Positions 8,206 through 17,917 of a DNA stretch of 48,695 nucleotides are shown here, one piece after another. The DNA is from a virus. The translations under genes and the position numbers were made by a program. The notes beneath the pieces are model-generated. The model saw only the letters and a list, made by a program, of their open reading frames with translations. It ran no database searches and was not told the origin of the DNA. Within the stretch, counting starts at the first letter, position 1; every line of letters begins with the position of its first letter. The stretch lies in IMG/VR virus record IMGVR_UViG_3300029582_000014. One strand, 5' to 3'.

Positions 8206-9357
8206 TTACTTCGTTTCGGGGAACAGCTTGTCAATGGCCGCGTCTACGTCGTCCGCGCCATCGTCGCCGCCCATGCCCTCGCGCTGGCCTCCGGCTCCAA
8301 CCTTGCCCGCGCCGCTCTTCACCGCGTCGTCGTCGCGGTCCTGAATGTACTTGCCGCCCTGCTTCTTCTGCTCCGCGACAATCGCCTTTGCCACGTCGCC
8401 CGCAGAAATGGGGTTCTTGAACTTCGCGTCGTTCACGATGGTTTCAAACCCCGCAAGGGCCACGTCCTCGATGTCCTGAATGCGCTTACGCTCCGCGTCC
8501 ACCGCCGCTTCCTCGATCTGCTTTGTCAGGTCCGGGAACGCCGCTTTCAGCCCATCCACGGTCTTGATGTCCTTGATTCCGTCCATACTTTCTTCGCTCC
8601 TTTTTGGTGTGTTTTGGGTGATGGTATTTGAAAAACCGCCGGGCGTGCGGGCCGTCAGGCGGTTTAACAACGATATGGTCATGTTTGGGTAGCGGTTCAG
8701 GTCCAGTGAAACGCTGTTCACGACAATCTTTGCCCCGTTTTCAACGGTGGTTTCCGCGTCCTCGAACATCAGCTTGTCGCAGAACCCAGCTTCGACGGCC
8801 TGTTTTCCGTCATACCACGTTTCCGCCGCCATGATAGAGGCGATTTCGTCGGCGGGCTTCCCGGTTTTCAGGGCATACCCGTTCACGATAGACTGCTTGA
8901 TGACCTTGATTTCGTCGGTCAGCTTCACAAGGTCGGCTTCGTTGAAATAGCCCAAAAGCCCCATTGACGGGTCATGCACCATGAAAACGCCGTTCCCCGG
9001 AATCTCGATCACGTCGCCCGCCATAGCGACGATAGTTGCCGCAGACGCGGCCCACCCGTCGATTTTTACGGTGATCTTCGCCGCATTGTCTTTCAGGCGG
9101 GTATAAATGGCATTTGCGGCGAACACGTCGCCACCGCCGCTGTTGATTCTTACGACGATTTCCGGGACGGCTCCCAGCGCGTCCAATTCCTCCGTAAACT
9201 GCCGGGGCGTTACTTCATCCCCCCACCATGTTTCAGAGGCAATGTCGCCGTATAGAATCAGTTCCGGGGCGGCGTTTTCCTCCGCCGCGGCCCGGAACGT
9301 CCAGAAGTGTTTATTTTTCGGCTGGGCCTTCGGCCTGCTGTCCTGTTTCTGTCCCAC
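8206..9357 (-). CDS. Prohead serine protease (ClpP/S49-type) fused to a scaffold-like C-terminus
   Basis: The motif INSGGGDVFAANAIY..GWAASAATIVAMAG is a ClpP/SppA-like core. The C-terminal half is charged and helical. It is positioned like lambda gpC/Nu3. Confidence 0.8.
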   Translation of the reverse strand: MGQKQDSRPKAQPKNKHFWTFRAAAEENAAPELILYGDIASETWWGDEVTPRQFTEELDALGAVPEIVVRINSGGGDVFAANAIYTRLKDNAAKITVKIDGWAASAATIVAMAGDVIEIPGNGVFMVHDPSMGLLGYFNEADLVKLTDEIKVIKQSIVNGYALKTGKPADEIASIMAAETWYDGKQAVEAGFCDKLMFEDAETTVENGAKIVVNSVSLDLNRYPNMTISLLNRLTARTPGGFSNTITQNTPKRSEESMDGIKDIKTVDGLKAAFPDLTKQIEEAAVDAERKRIQDIEDVALAGFETIVNDAKFKNPISAGDVAKAIVAEQKKQGGKYIQDRDDDAVKSGAGKVGAGGQREGMGGDDGADDVDAAIDKLFPETK

Positions 9358-10861
9358 TTTCTTTTACCTCCCGTAGCATTTTTTCTTCCCGCTTTAGCTG
9401 TGCGGCGTTCCGGTAGAAGTCAGAACCGTTCATTTCCATTGCCTCGCGGTCGCGGGTGGAAAAGCCGTTTTGAACCCGCTTTTCCGCCGCGGTGACTTCC
9501 TGCACCGGGTTCAAAAGCCCTTGCGCTGGCCCGTTCCATTCCGCGCCCGTGTATGCCTTGCGAATCATCGGGTCAGAAAAAAAGCCGGGCGCGGGGATTC
9601 TTCCCTTTGCCACAGCTTCCGCGAACCACTCTTCATAAATTGGCTGGCAAAAGTCGTTTGCAAGCCATGTCCGGTACATTCTGAACATTTTCCACGCCTC
9701 CAACAGCGCCCCGCGGGACGCGCTGTACGACGCGTTGAAGTTCTTTACCAAAAGTTCATAGGGGATTTCAAGGGCCGCGCCGATCTGTCGGCAAATGGAA
9801 ACCACGAACCCGTCAAAGGCCGTGTTCGGTCTGCCGGGGTTCATGTCATGGGCCTTTTCCCCTTCGTTCAAGTCTACAATAGCGCCGGGGGCAAGTTCAA
9901 TCGTGCTGTCGTCGCCTGCGTCCACCTGCGCTTCCTCCGGTATGATTTCGCCAAATCCGCCGTCGCTGGACGTGGATTCCTTTTCGATGAATACCGTGAA
10001 CATACCGGAAACCACGGCGGCCACAAGTTCCGCGTCCGTGTAGCGTCCTAATTGTTTCAGCGCCTCGATCACCGGGGCAAGGAACGGCACGCCGCGGCGC
10101 TGTCCGATTCTCTCCCGGTTCATAATGTGAAGCACGTTCCGCCGCCCGGTCTTTTCTCCCCACGCTTCAACCCGCGTCCACCCGGTTTCTGTGAATTCGT
10201 AGGAAAGAGGGTGGTGCTTGCTGATATGGTATGCGACGACTTCGCCCGCGTCGTTGGTTTCTACGCCGCCGATAATATGCGGGTCTACGGTCCCGTATGG
10301 GTTGCTCAACCTGTCCGCTTCAATCAGACAGATTCGGAGGTCATAGGGGCAATTTGCCCGCTTTGTGACTGGCAGGGTTGCGATCACGTCGCCGCTCATT
10401 AGCCAATTCAGAAACGCCAGTTGTTGCAGTTCATAGAAGTTGTCCAGCCGTTCGAGGTCGCACGCCGTAGAATCCGCCCACAAGGAAAATTCCCGCTCGA
10501 TCTTCCGTTCAAGGTCCCGTGCGGCCTCTTCCTCGATTCTCAAAACCTCATAATCAAGTTGACTTTTCAGGCGGAGGCCGGACCCGACAACATTTGTCCG
10601 GCACGTTTTCAGCGCGCCCGTTGCCAGAGGAACGCCCATGTAGAGATCGCGGCAACGTTGCCGTAGGACGGAAAGGTTATCTTGTATATCCTCTTTCGCG
10701 GACCCGCCGCCGTACAGCCATCCTAAAAGCGATTTTTTGGTTTGCGACGCTCCGTAATTGCTGTACCCGCTGTCCAGTATTTCCAGCTTTCTCCGGGCCG
10801 CGGCACGCTTTACCGCTCTTTGCGGTGACACCGCGGCAATCGCCCGGTCAAACAGGTTCAT
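9311..10861 (-). CDS. Portal protein, lambda family
   Basis: 516 aa, downstream of gpW and TerL. The N-terminus MNLFDRAIAAVSPQRAVKRAAARRKL..GYSNYGAS is typical of lambda-type portals. Confidence 0.85.
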   Translation of the reverse strand: MNLFDRAIAAVSPQRAVKRAAARRKLEILDSGYSNYGASQTKKSLLGWLYGGGSAKEDIQDNLSVLRQRCRDLYMGVPLATGALKTCRTNVVGSGLRLKSQLDYEVLRIEEEAARDLERKIEREFSLWADSTACDLERLDNFYELQQLAFLNWLMSGDVIATLPVTKRANCPYDLRICLIEADRLSNPYGTVDPHIIGGVETNDAGEVVAYHISKHHPLSYEFTETGWTRVEAWGEKTGRRNVLHIMNRERIGQRRGVPFLAPVIEALKQLGRYTDAELVAAVVSGMFTVFIEKESTSSDGGFGEIIPEEAQVDAGDDSTIELAPGAIVDLNEGEKAHDMNPGRPNTAFDGFVVSICRQIGAALEIPYELLVKNFNASYSASRGALLEAWKMFRMYRTWLANDFCQPIYEEWFAEAVAKGRIPAPGFFSDPMIRKAYTGAEWNGPAQGLLNPVQEVTAAEKRVQNGFSTRDREAMEMNGSDFYRNAAQLKREEKMLREVKESGTETGQQAEGPAEK

Positions 10862-10881
10862 TTTGCTTCACGCCCCCCTTC

Positions 10882-11118
10882 TCACAGGTCCCGCGGCACC
10901 GCCCGAACAACGCGGTTCCGCCCGCCGTGGCGCTCGATAGTTTCCAGCCGCGCAACTTCATTGTTCCAAAATTCGATTTGCTGTCTGATCTCCCCAAGGT
11001 TCGCTTTTGTCAGGCTCCGCGAACCGATTGTGTAACTCTGGTGTGTCGTGACCTCCAATTCCGCTTCCAGCCAAGCGGACAGGTGCTTTCGTGCAATTTC
11101 AAGACTGATTCCAGCCAT
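10882..11118 (-). CDS. Head-tail joining protein gpW-like
   Basis: 78 aa between TerL and the portal, with lambda gpW-like sequence (..AWLEAELEVTTHQSYTIGSRSLT..). Confidence 0.75.
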   Translation of the reverse strand: MAGISLEIARKHLSAWLEAELEVTTHQSYTIGSRSLTKANLGEIRQQIEFWNNEVARLETIERHGGRNRVVRAVPRDL

Positions 11119-12933
11119 TTACAAAATCCCTCCCGTGGACCGTCTGCCGCGCCGCTTCTGCGGCACCGGGGCGGCTTCCCGCTCCGGCTTCTTCAATACT
11201 GGGTTCGCAATTTCCAGCGCGACAGTCGCATAATTCCGAATGTCAAGCGGCTCATTCCGCTTGTAGCCCCCGTCTTTCAGGGTCCAGACATATTGTGCTT
11301 TTCCTTTTTTGTAGGTGATGACCATTTTTTCGGCGGTCAGGCCGCGGAAATACTCTTGTGTGTACCCCCGGTCCTTTTCCCGCGGGAAATGGCAATAATT
11401 CGGCCCCTCTTCCTGCACCGCCAACCGCTGATACAATAGCGCCTTTCCAGTGTCAACGCCCACGGTGAAAAGGGGGGCTTTGATATTATTTGCCGTTGAC
11501 GGCCTGTTGAAATACGGTACTTCTGCGCCGCCTTTGCCCTTTATTGCGAACACGCGCCGGGCGGTCCGTTCTTTGCAGAATCGGTAAACCTGCGTCGTGA
11601 AGTGTCCGCCGGAATCCACGCAGGCGCAAATGATTTTCAGCCGCCGCCCGTCCGCCGTCGTGAACGTCTGCGAAAGAAAGCGGTCCAGTTCATCCCATAC
11701 AGGTTTCAGCTTCAAGTCTCCGTAGATCGCTTGATACTTGATACCCCAGCTTTCTTTATCAACGCCCCAACCGACAACCTCCACTTCAAAGCGGTCGTCC
11801 TGAACGTCCACGCCCGCGGTCAGCACAAGCACTTCTTCCGGGACCTCGCAATTATAGCGTTCCCGCCGCTTGTAAAGGTCGTCCGTTTCGATCTGTTCGC
11901 CCTCTTCCTCCCACGTTTCGCCCATTTCGGTATTTGTCCACGCTTTCAGAAGTTCGATATTGCCTTTTTTCTTCTCTTCGTTCGCGGTCAGGAATTTTTC
12001 GACGATTTCCCGCCACTCCACAAAGAGGGAGGCAAGGGCGTTCAGGTGAAACCCCCGGACCTTCCTTTCCGGGTGGGCCGCAACAAATTTCCCTTTCCTG
12101 AATTGCTCCTTCCATTCCGTTTCGCTGGAAACCACGCCGCACGCCGGGCAAACGCACCCGATGTCGTCCAGCTTGTCTTTGTCGAATATGATGTTCGCCC
12201 ACAAAAGGGGGGTGTATGCCCCGCACGCCGGGCAAGGTACGTTCCATTCCTCTTGTGTGCTGTGTTCGTACTCAACCGCAATCCGTGACGTTTCCTTGAT
12301 GGTCGGCGTACTGACGCAGACTTCCTTCTTGTTCCAGAAGGTCGCAAGCCGCTTCCCGGCCAGCAAGAGGGGGTCGCCCTCATTTCCAGCCGTGGCCGGG
12401 TAGCGATCTATTTCGTCCGCAAGCAGAATCCGAATTGGGCGGGAGGCAAGGGAGGAAGGGGAATTTGCCCCAACCATTGTGACGTGTCCGCCGGGGAATA
12501 TCTTTTGCAAGATGGTGTTTCCGCTGTTCCGGCTCTTGTCGTTCACCTTATCCCGCAGAACGGGCGTGTCCCGCAACATCGGCGTTAGGCGGTCCTTGCT
12601 GAACGTCTCCGCCATTTGAATGGTCGGTTGCATGACCATAATAGGCGACGGGTCATAGTGCATATAGTAGCCTATGGGGTTCAAAATCAGCGCGTCGGTT
12701 TTCCCGATCTGCGCCGCCGACATGATGACGACCTTTTGAACCCGCATATCGCAAACCGCGTCCATGATCTCGCGTTGGTATGGGGCCTTTGACGTGCGCC
12801 AGCGCCCCGGCTCCGCCGACGATTCAGAGGAAAGGCGGCGGTATTCGTCCGCCCATTGTGAAATTGTCATGTCCGGTGGAGGGGCCAGCACTGAAAAAAT
12901 CCGGGTGAACAGGTCAACCGTCGCTTTTTTCAT
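11119..12933 (-). CDS. terL: Terminase large subunit, lambda GpA family
   Basis: 604 aa. The N-terminus ..ISQWADEYRRLSSESSAEPGRWRTSKAPYQREIMDA.. is characteristic of GpA-type terminases. Confidence 0.9.
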   Translation of the reverse strand: MKKATVDLFTRIFSVLAPPPDMTISQWADEYRRLSSESSAEPGRWRTSKAPYQREIMDAVCDMRVQKVVIMSAAQIGKTDALILNPIGYYMHYDPSPIMVMQPTIQMAETFSKDRLTPMLRDTPVLRDKVNDKSRNSGNTILQKIFPGGHVTMVGANSPSSLASRPIRILLADEIDRYPATAGNEGDPLLLAGKRLATFWNKKEVCVSTPTIKETSRIAVEYEHSTQEEWNVPCPACGAYTPLLWANIIFDKDKLDDIGCVCPACGVVSSETEWKEQFRKGKFVAAHPERKVRGFHLNALASLFVEWREIVEKFLTANEEKKKGNIELLKAWTNTEMGETWEEEGEQIETDDLYKRRERYNCEVPEEVLVLTAGVDVQDDRFEVEVVGWGVDKESWGIKYQAIYGDLKLKPVWDELDRFLSQTFTTADGRRLKIICACVDSGGHFTTQVYRFCKERTARRVFAIKGKGGAEVPYFNRPSTANNIKAPLFTVGVDTGKALLYQRLAVQEEGPNYCHFPREKDRGYTQEYFRGLTAEKMVITYKKGKAQYVWTLKDGGYKRNEPLDIRNYATVALEIANPVLKKPEREAAPVPQKRRGRRSTGGIL

Positions 12934-13408
12934 TGTCTGCCACCCTTTCCCCGAATGTGGATTTGAAGTCGGAAAGTTCCATCAAGGCTTCGTCTATATG
13001 CTCTTTCAGCAGGGCAAATATTTCTGCCTTGTCCGTCTTTTTGCAGAGGACCGGGGCCAGCTTCGAGGGAATCGCCATCAGCCGGGATTTGAAGTTTACC
13101 AGCATATCGGTCATAACGGCTTCGATGTCCTCCGCCGAATGCAGGGTTCTTTCCTTCAACTGCAATTCGTATTCCTCATTTTTCCGCTTCGCCCGGACCA
13201 GCTTTGCCCGCTCCGTGTTGTAATCTATCGTTTCTTCGCTCTCCGGGTTCCGTTTTCGGAGGTAGTTTATATAGCGGTGGTTCGTGTCGATCAAGTCGTA
13301 CAGGCCGGGGCGCGCCTCTGCGATCACCTTTTCGTCGCGCAACTGCCGCACGCGCCGTTCGGACACGTCCAAAAACCGTGCAACCGCTTTCGCGTCGTAA
13401 AGTTTCAC
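12914..13408 (-). CDS. Terminase small subunit, Nu1-like (winged HTH)
   Basis: GTG start at 13408 after gggaggggtgaaaaagg. The N-terminal HTH reads KAVARFLDVSERRVRQLRDE. It overlaps the TerL start. Confidence 0.7.
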   Translation of the reverse strand: MKLYDAKAVARFLDVSERRVRQLRDEKVIAEARPGLYDLIDTNHRYINYLRKRNPESEETIDYNTERAKLVRAKRKNEEYELQLKERTLHSAEDIEAVMTDMLVNFKSRLMAIPSKLAPVLCKKTDKAEIFALLKEHIDEALMELSDFKSTFGERVADNEKSDG

Positions 13409-13556
13409 CCTTTTTCACCCCTCCCGCGCTTTTTTGACGCACCCCCTATAAAAAATCCGGGCCGGGCCGGAAGCGTTCAAAAAATTTTCGTGGCTAAAAA
13501 AACGCCGGGCCTCGCCGGACCCGCAGGCGAGAATTTCCGCCAGAAGGACCCGCGGT

Positions 13557-14519
13557 TTAGATTTCCAATTCGTCCGGCTCTTCCGCTTCGTCGTTGATCT
13601 CTCCCGTGTCAGGGTCGATGTCATAAGCCCCCGAAAGTTTCTGCTTTGCAAGATTATATTTCCGCTCTTCGAGGCGAACCCGGCGGCTCTCCATCTCATA
13701 GCCCTTGATCGAATCCAATAGTTTAATGATTCGCCCGTGTATCTTGTTTAGTTCGGCTTCCAGTTTCATAACACGGTCGAACACGCTTGCTTTTATAACG
13801 GTCTGCATTGTCACGTTGTAGCCCTCGCGTTCAAGTTCGCGTTCCTTGTCGCCCGTGGTGTCCTGCAAGGCGGCAATCTCACGTTGCAGGCGTTCCAGCT
13901 TCTTTTCCTGCTGTCTGGTTGGCTTCTTTCCCTCTGTCCCGTCCATATCCCAAAGCAGGGTATCTTCTTCCCGTTGCAGGGCTTCCAGCTTCTCCCGCTG
14001 TTGCTCTAACCGCGCTGTTCCTTTTGGGGTGCGCATTTCAACAACACGGTCAATATACAGCGCGTCCGGGTCGCCCTTTTCAAGCGCCGTGATTTTATTT
14101 TGCAGGTCGGCTTCTTTTGCAATAAGCAACTGCAATTCTGCAAGCATATTTGTTTCAGTGTCCAGCGTGATTCCCTCGATATATTCCCGCTGTTTAGGCG
14201 GGAGATCGCAAAGCCGAACCGTCGAATATGCCCCGTGTGTTTCAGCATTCTTGTTCCCGATAGGCGCGCCAGCGCCCGCGGCGTTCTTGTTCCCCGGCTG
14301 GCCCCCTCGCTTCCTTTTCGGCTTCTGCGCTTCAAGGGCCGCTTGCCAACCATCAAGGCTTTTCCATTTCCGCACCTGTTCTGGCTTCGCGCCCACCTTT
14401 TCGGCAATCTGCCGGGCGGTCATGGTCCCGCCGGATTCAAGCCATACCCGGCGCGCTTCGTCCCGCTCCAGGCTTCTTTCGCGTGCCATGCGCCGCGGCC
14501 TCCTTCGTTTGTTTTTCAT
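13557..14519 (-). CDS. HTH / GNKNA-repeat protein (YjcR- or small-terminase-like DNA-binding protein) with a coiled-coil C-terminus
   Basis: 320 aa. It has an N-terminal HTH (TARQIAEKVGAKPEQVRKWK) and GQPGNKNAAG..PIGNKNAETHGAYS repeats, as seen in some phage small-terminase-like proteins. Confidence 0.6.
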   Translation of the reverse strand: MKNKRRRPRRMARERSLERDEARRVWLESGGTMTARQIAEKVGAKPEQVRKWKSLDGWQAALEAQKPKRKRGGQPGNKNAAGAGAPIGNKNAETHGAYSTVRLCDLPPKQREYIEGITLDTETNMLAELQLLIAKEADLQNKITALEKGDPDALYIDRVVEMRTPKGTARLEQQREKLEALQREEDTLLWDMDGTEGKKPTRQQEKKLERLQREIAALQDTTGDKERELEREGYNVTMQTVIKASVFDRVMKLEAELNKIHGRIIKLLDSIKGYEMESRRVRLEERKYNLAKQKLSGAYDIDPDTGEINDEAEEPDELEI

Positions 14520-14550
14520 TTTTCGCTTCCCGGCTCCCCGCGGAAGCGCG

Positions 14551-14583
14551 TAAAAAACGGGCCATGTTCAAAACATGGTCCGT
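14551..14583 (-). terminator. Rho-independent terminator (usable on either strand)
   Basis: Arms are acgggccatgtt / aacatggtccgt: a 12-bp stem with one G-U or mismatch and a 3-nt loop. On the minus strand it is followed by TTTTTT. Confidence 0.65.
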
Positions 14584-14686
14584 TTTCCTTCGTCCGGGCG
14601 GTTTGCCGCCGCACCCCGCCCGAATCGTTGTGTTCATTTTCCACAATACCAATTTTACCACGAAAAACGGGCAATGGGTGGCAATC

Positions 14687-15220
14687 TTATTTTTCCGGGA
14701 AGCGGTAACGTGAAATGGTCTTATTCACCGCAAAACGCTTCGCCAGACGGTCCAGCGCAACGGCCCGAATGTTCCGACATTGCCGTGGGCTATAATTGAC
14801 ACGCGCTGACAGGCGTTCCCATTGTTCGCCGTTTATGTAGAACCCCAAAACCAGCGCCTTTTCCGTATAGTTCAGGCACTTCAATTCTTCTGCGATCTCC
14901 GCTTTCACGCGTTCGGTTTCCTCATTTTCCCGGCGTAGTCGGTCAATGGTCCTTGTAACCGAACCGGGTATATTCAGCACAACGCGTTCAACCGGGTTTG
15001 AAGTCGTCCCTTTTCCGTGTGGCATACCGTCGGAATTGACAGCGCCCAGCGTGGAATAATACTGATCTTCGAGGTTCTTTATAACCCGCTCGTTCATTTT
15101 GATTGCTTTGTCTGCGTCCCGGTAATAATGCAGAATCACAATAACTTTTTCCCTGTTCACGTTCGCTTCCTCCGCTTTGCTGTCAGGGCGGCTTGTATAT
15201 TCGGCGGTAAATGTGTTCAT
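14687..15220 (-). CDS. Putative late-gene transcriptional regulator (ArpU/RinA or sigma region-4-like HTH)
   Basis: ATG at 15220 after ggagggtggaaa. It lies immediately upstream of the packaging genes. The C-terminal HTH-like segment reads YSPRQCRNIRAVALDRLAKRF. Confidence 0.5.
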   Translation of the reverse strand: MNTFTAEYTSRPDSKAEEANVNREKVIVILHYYRDADKAIKMNERVIKNLEDQYYSTLGAVNSDGMPHGKGTTSNPVERVVLNIPGSVTRTIDRLRRENEETERVKAEIAEELKCLNYTEKALVLGFYINGEQWERLSARVNYSPRQCRNIRAVALDRLAKRFAVNKTISRYRFPEK

Positions 15221-15521
15221 TTTCCACCCTCCGAATTTCCGCCCGGTATTTCTGTTCGATAACCCTTGCCCGCGCCCGGTTCTGCTTTCTCCGCCGGGCG
15301 CGCGGCTCTTCCGCGATGTCAAGCACGCCGCTTTCTTCTATCCGCTCCCACGCGTCGGAAAGAATGTTGAACGCTTCCGCAACTACGCCGAATGCCATTG
15401 CAAGCACTTCCGCGGCCTGCCGCAAGGTTTCCGCCAGCTTTTCCGTTTTTATCCCCGCGGCCCTTAAAACCCGCGCGGCGGCGTTTGCCTGCTCCGTGGT
15501 AATCTCGTATTCAAGTTCCAT
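15183..15521 (-). CDS. Hypothetical protein
   Basis: 112-aa ORF in the minus-strand array. No family recognised. Confidence 0.55.
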   Translation of the reverse strand: MELEYEITTEQANAAARVLRAAGIKTEKLAETLRQAAEVLAMAFGVVAEAFNILSDAWERIEESGVLDIAEEPRARRRKQNRARARVIEQKYRAEIRRVENEHIYRRIYKPP

Positions 15522-15531
15522 CGGCGCGTCC

Positions 15532-16794
15532 TCATTCTTCGTCCGGGTAGCAGATGTATTCCACCGAACACAAGATTTTCAGCGTCTTTCCGCAATGGGG
15601 GCAACGCACAGGGCCGACGGCCTGTGTGCCGAATGTGTTGTAACGGGTGGCCTGTCCCGCGTCGAAAGATTCCCCGCAGAAAGGGCAAATGCCACGCCCA
15701 ACGCACCGCGTTTCTTTCGGCGCTTGTCTTTCCGTCTCTGCTGGCCTACGCGCGGCCTCTGTCTGTTCTTCCTGTTCCTCCGGGTTATCTTCCCCGGCGG
15801 GCGTGCCCGGCGTGTCCTGTGCGCTCCGCTGGCCGTCTCCGGGCATTTCTGCTTCCGTCTGGTTGTCCCATTCAATTTCCGGCGGCTTCACCGTGGACGG
15901 TATGCAATGCGCCGGGGGTGGTGGTGTCTGCTCTCGCTCCCGGACGGGTTCGGCGGGCGGGGTGTTTTTCTCTTCGCCCTGCGGCGGGGGAGGGGGCGGG
16001 GCCGTTTGTGGCTTCCGCTCTCTTGCGGCCTTTATGGAGATTTCCCCGGTTCTCCGGTAGTCATCGAATGCGGCACGCTGTTCTTCTTCCGGCAATCCTG
16101 CCAGTTCATAGGCGGTCGAAAGGTTTATGCGGTCCTCTTTCAATTCCTCTTTGAACTCCGGGGACAAGTGGCGAATGATGGTGTCATATCTTCCGATCTG
16201 CGCCGGGCTTGTGTGAAGCACTTTTGCGATAAAATCGCGGGTCCCGTCTGCCTGAACCCCGCTGTCTCCGAACACGGTTGCGACAATCCTTTGCAGGACG
16301 GCCACGAACCGCGGACGGGTCTTTGCCTTTTCCAGCACGTCCCGCAAGTAGCGCACTTCCTCGATCTTGTCCCACGCCGTTTTCTCCCGCTGGGAGTTGG
16401 TTACAATCAGGTTCAGGCCGTCCCGGATTTCCTGATCTTCCGCCGCTTCTTCGTTTGGCTCCACGGAACAGGTGACGAATTCATATTGCGGTTTTCCATC
16501 TTCCACAAGGGACAGCGACGCGAGGCGGCGGCGGTGTCCTGCAATGACTTTGTATTTCCCGTTTTCGAGCGGGACGACGGTTAGGTTTTGCAGGACCTTC
16601 CCGGCGATCTCGATTGCCGCTTTCAGTTCTTCAATCTCCCGCATGGAATAGAAGTTATCTTCTGACGGCACAAGGTCAAAGACGCTGATTTTCTTAATCT
16701 CGCTTTCAGCAGGGCGGGGCGGGGTGTTTCCGCCGCCCTCCGCCGCCTGCCGTGAAGCGTCGTTCAAAATCTGGTTCAAATTAAATCTTCCCAT
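15532..16794 (-). CDS. parB: ParB-like N-terminal-domain protein with a Pro-rich linker and a C-terminal zinc ribbon
   Basis: The ParB/Srx box reads KVIAGHRRRLAS. It follows parA. The C-terminus reads CPFCG...CPHCG. Confidence 0.8.
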   Translation of the reverse strand: MGRFNLNQILNDASRQAAEGGGNTPPRPAESEIKKISVFDLVPSEDNFYSMREIEELKAAIEIAGKVLQNLTVVPLENGKYKVIAGHRRRLASLSLVEDGKPQYEFVTCSVEPNEEAAEDQEIRDGLNLIVTNSQREKTAWDKIEEVRYLRDVLEKAKTRPRFVAVLQRIVATVFGDSGVQADGTRDFIAKVLHTSPAQIGRYDTIIRHLSPEFKEELKEDRINLSTAYELAGLPEEEQRAAFDDYRRTGEISIKAARERKPQTAPPPPPPQGEEKNTPPAEPVREREQTPPPPAHCIPSTVKPPEIEWDNQTEAEMPGDGQRSAQDTPGTPAGEDNPEEQEEQTEAARRPAETERQAPKETRCVGRGICPFCGESFDAGQATRYNTFGTQAVGPVRCPHCGKTLKILCSVEYICYPDEE

Positions 16795-16828
16795 AATGTG
16801 CGCCCCTTTCTGTCCGAATCGGACGGTT

Positions 16829-17599
16829 TTATTCCTTCCCGCGGTTCAGGTATTCCCGCACGAATGCGATATAGTCCATAGCTGTTCCACTCCGGCGGCT
16901 ATATTCTGCAATCGGCATTTCCGAAAAGGTGCTTTCGGTGACTTTCTCTGAATACCGAATGCGGGTGTCAAATACAGGGTATTCCGGGCGGCTCCGCAAC
17001 CACGCTTCGCCCTGCTTCTCTGCGTCTGCCCTGATAAAGCAGGTAATCAGGCACCCGGCCAGCCGCAAACGCGGGTTCAGGTCGTCCCGCGTGTCCTCGA
17101 TCTGCTCTTTCAGTTCTGCCAGCCCGTCGAAAGCGTACTTGTCAATTTTGATCGGAATAATCACGTCGTCAGAGGCGACAAGGGCGTTTATTGTGGAAAT
17201 GTTGATGTCAGGTGCATTGTCGATAATGCAGAAGTCATATTGCCCCGCTACGGGGTCCAGCGCGGCCCGGAGGCGCGTTTGCTGTGGCCGGGTGGTGTCC
17301 ATCAAGACTTCCATATTCGCGCGAATTAGCGTCATGTTAGCGGGCAATACGTCGATGTTCTCGAACCGGGTCTTTTTGATGACTTCCCGCACGTCCATCC
17401 GCCGGGCGGTCAGAACGTCGGAAAGGCTCTTGTCGTCGTAGGAATGTACCCCGAACGCCTTTGACGTGTTGCCCTGTTTATCGTTATCCACAAGTAAAAC
17501 CCGCTTTTTGTGGAAAACCGCGAGGACGTGTGCCATGTTGTCGGCGGTCAGCGTCTTTGCCACGCCGCCTTTTAGGTTGATGATTGATATAGTTTTCAC
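16829..17599 (-). CDS. parA: ParA-family partition ATPase
   Basis: Deviant Walker A motif NLKGGVAKT at the N-terminus. 256 aa, immediately upstream of parB. Confidence 0.85.
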   Translation of the reverse strand: MKTISIINLKGGVAKTLTADNMAHVLAVFHKKRVLLVDNDKQGNTSKAFGVHSYDDKSLSDVLTARRMDVREVIKKTRFENIDVLPANMTLIRANMEVLMDTTRPQQTRLRAALDPVAGQYDFCIIDNAPDINISTINALVASDDVIIPIKIDKYAFDGLAELKEQIEDTRDDLNPRLRLAGCLITCFIRADAEKQGEAWLRSRPEYPVFDTRIRYSEKVTESTFSEMPIAEYSRRSGTAMDYIAFVREYLNRGKE

Positions 17600-17642
17600 C
17601 GTTCAAACCTCCTTGCTGAATTTGTCCCGCTCCGGCGGGTGA

Positions 17643-17882
17643 TTATTTCCGTTTCTTCTTCCGCGGCGGCGCTTCCAGCCGCACCAGTGGGCCGCGCCCG
17701 TCCAGTTCATACAGGAATACGGCTTCCCCGGTCTGCGCGCTGTACTGGCACACAATGTCGGTGATCGTGCGGACCGCCGCCGGGAATTTGAACGCCAGTT
17801 CCGGCGGGTGTATTTCCCGCCCCGTCACGATCTTGTCGCCTATCTCATAGGGGCAAGAGGCGGAAATTTTTATGGTCGTCAT
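17643..17882 (-). CDS. Small hypothetical protein, paralogue of 17918..18280
   Basis: Shares the blocks CP[YF]EIGDKI, ITDIVC, FLYELD and LVRLE.PPR with the upstream gene. Confidence 0.65.
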   Translation of the reverse strand: MTTIKISASCPYEIGDKIVTGREIHPPELAFKFPAAVRTITDIVCQYSAQTGEAVFLYELDGRGPLVRLEAPPRKKKRK

Positions 17883-17917
17883 GTGGTCGCCTACTTTCTG
17901 TTCAGTCCGGCGCGGTG

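Noticed and set aside
13409-13556. cos site upstream of the Nu1-like gene
   Set aside because: The region has GC-rich symmetric segments and A/T runs. I could not define a cohesive-end sequence or R-sites from sequence alone, so it is not reported as a feature.
15211-16584. 457-aa plus-strand ORF
   Set aside because: It is antisense to the parB-like gene and its neighbours. Its composition (R, G, F, C-rich) and lack of an RBS indicate a GC-driven artefact.
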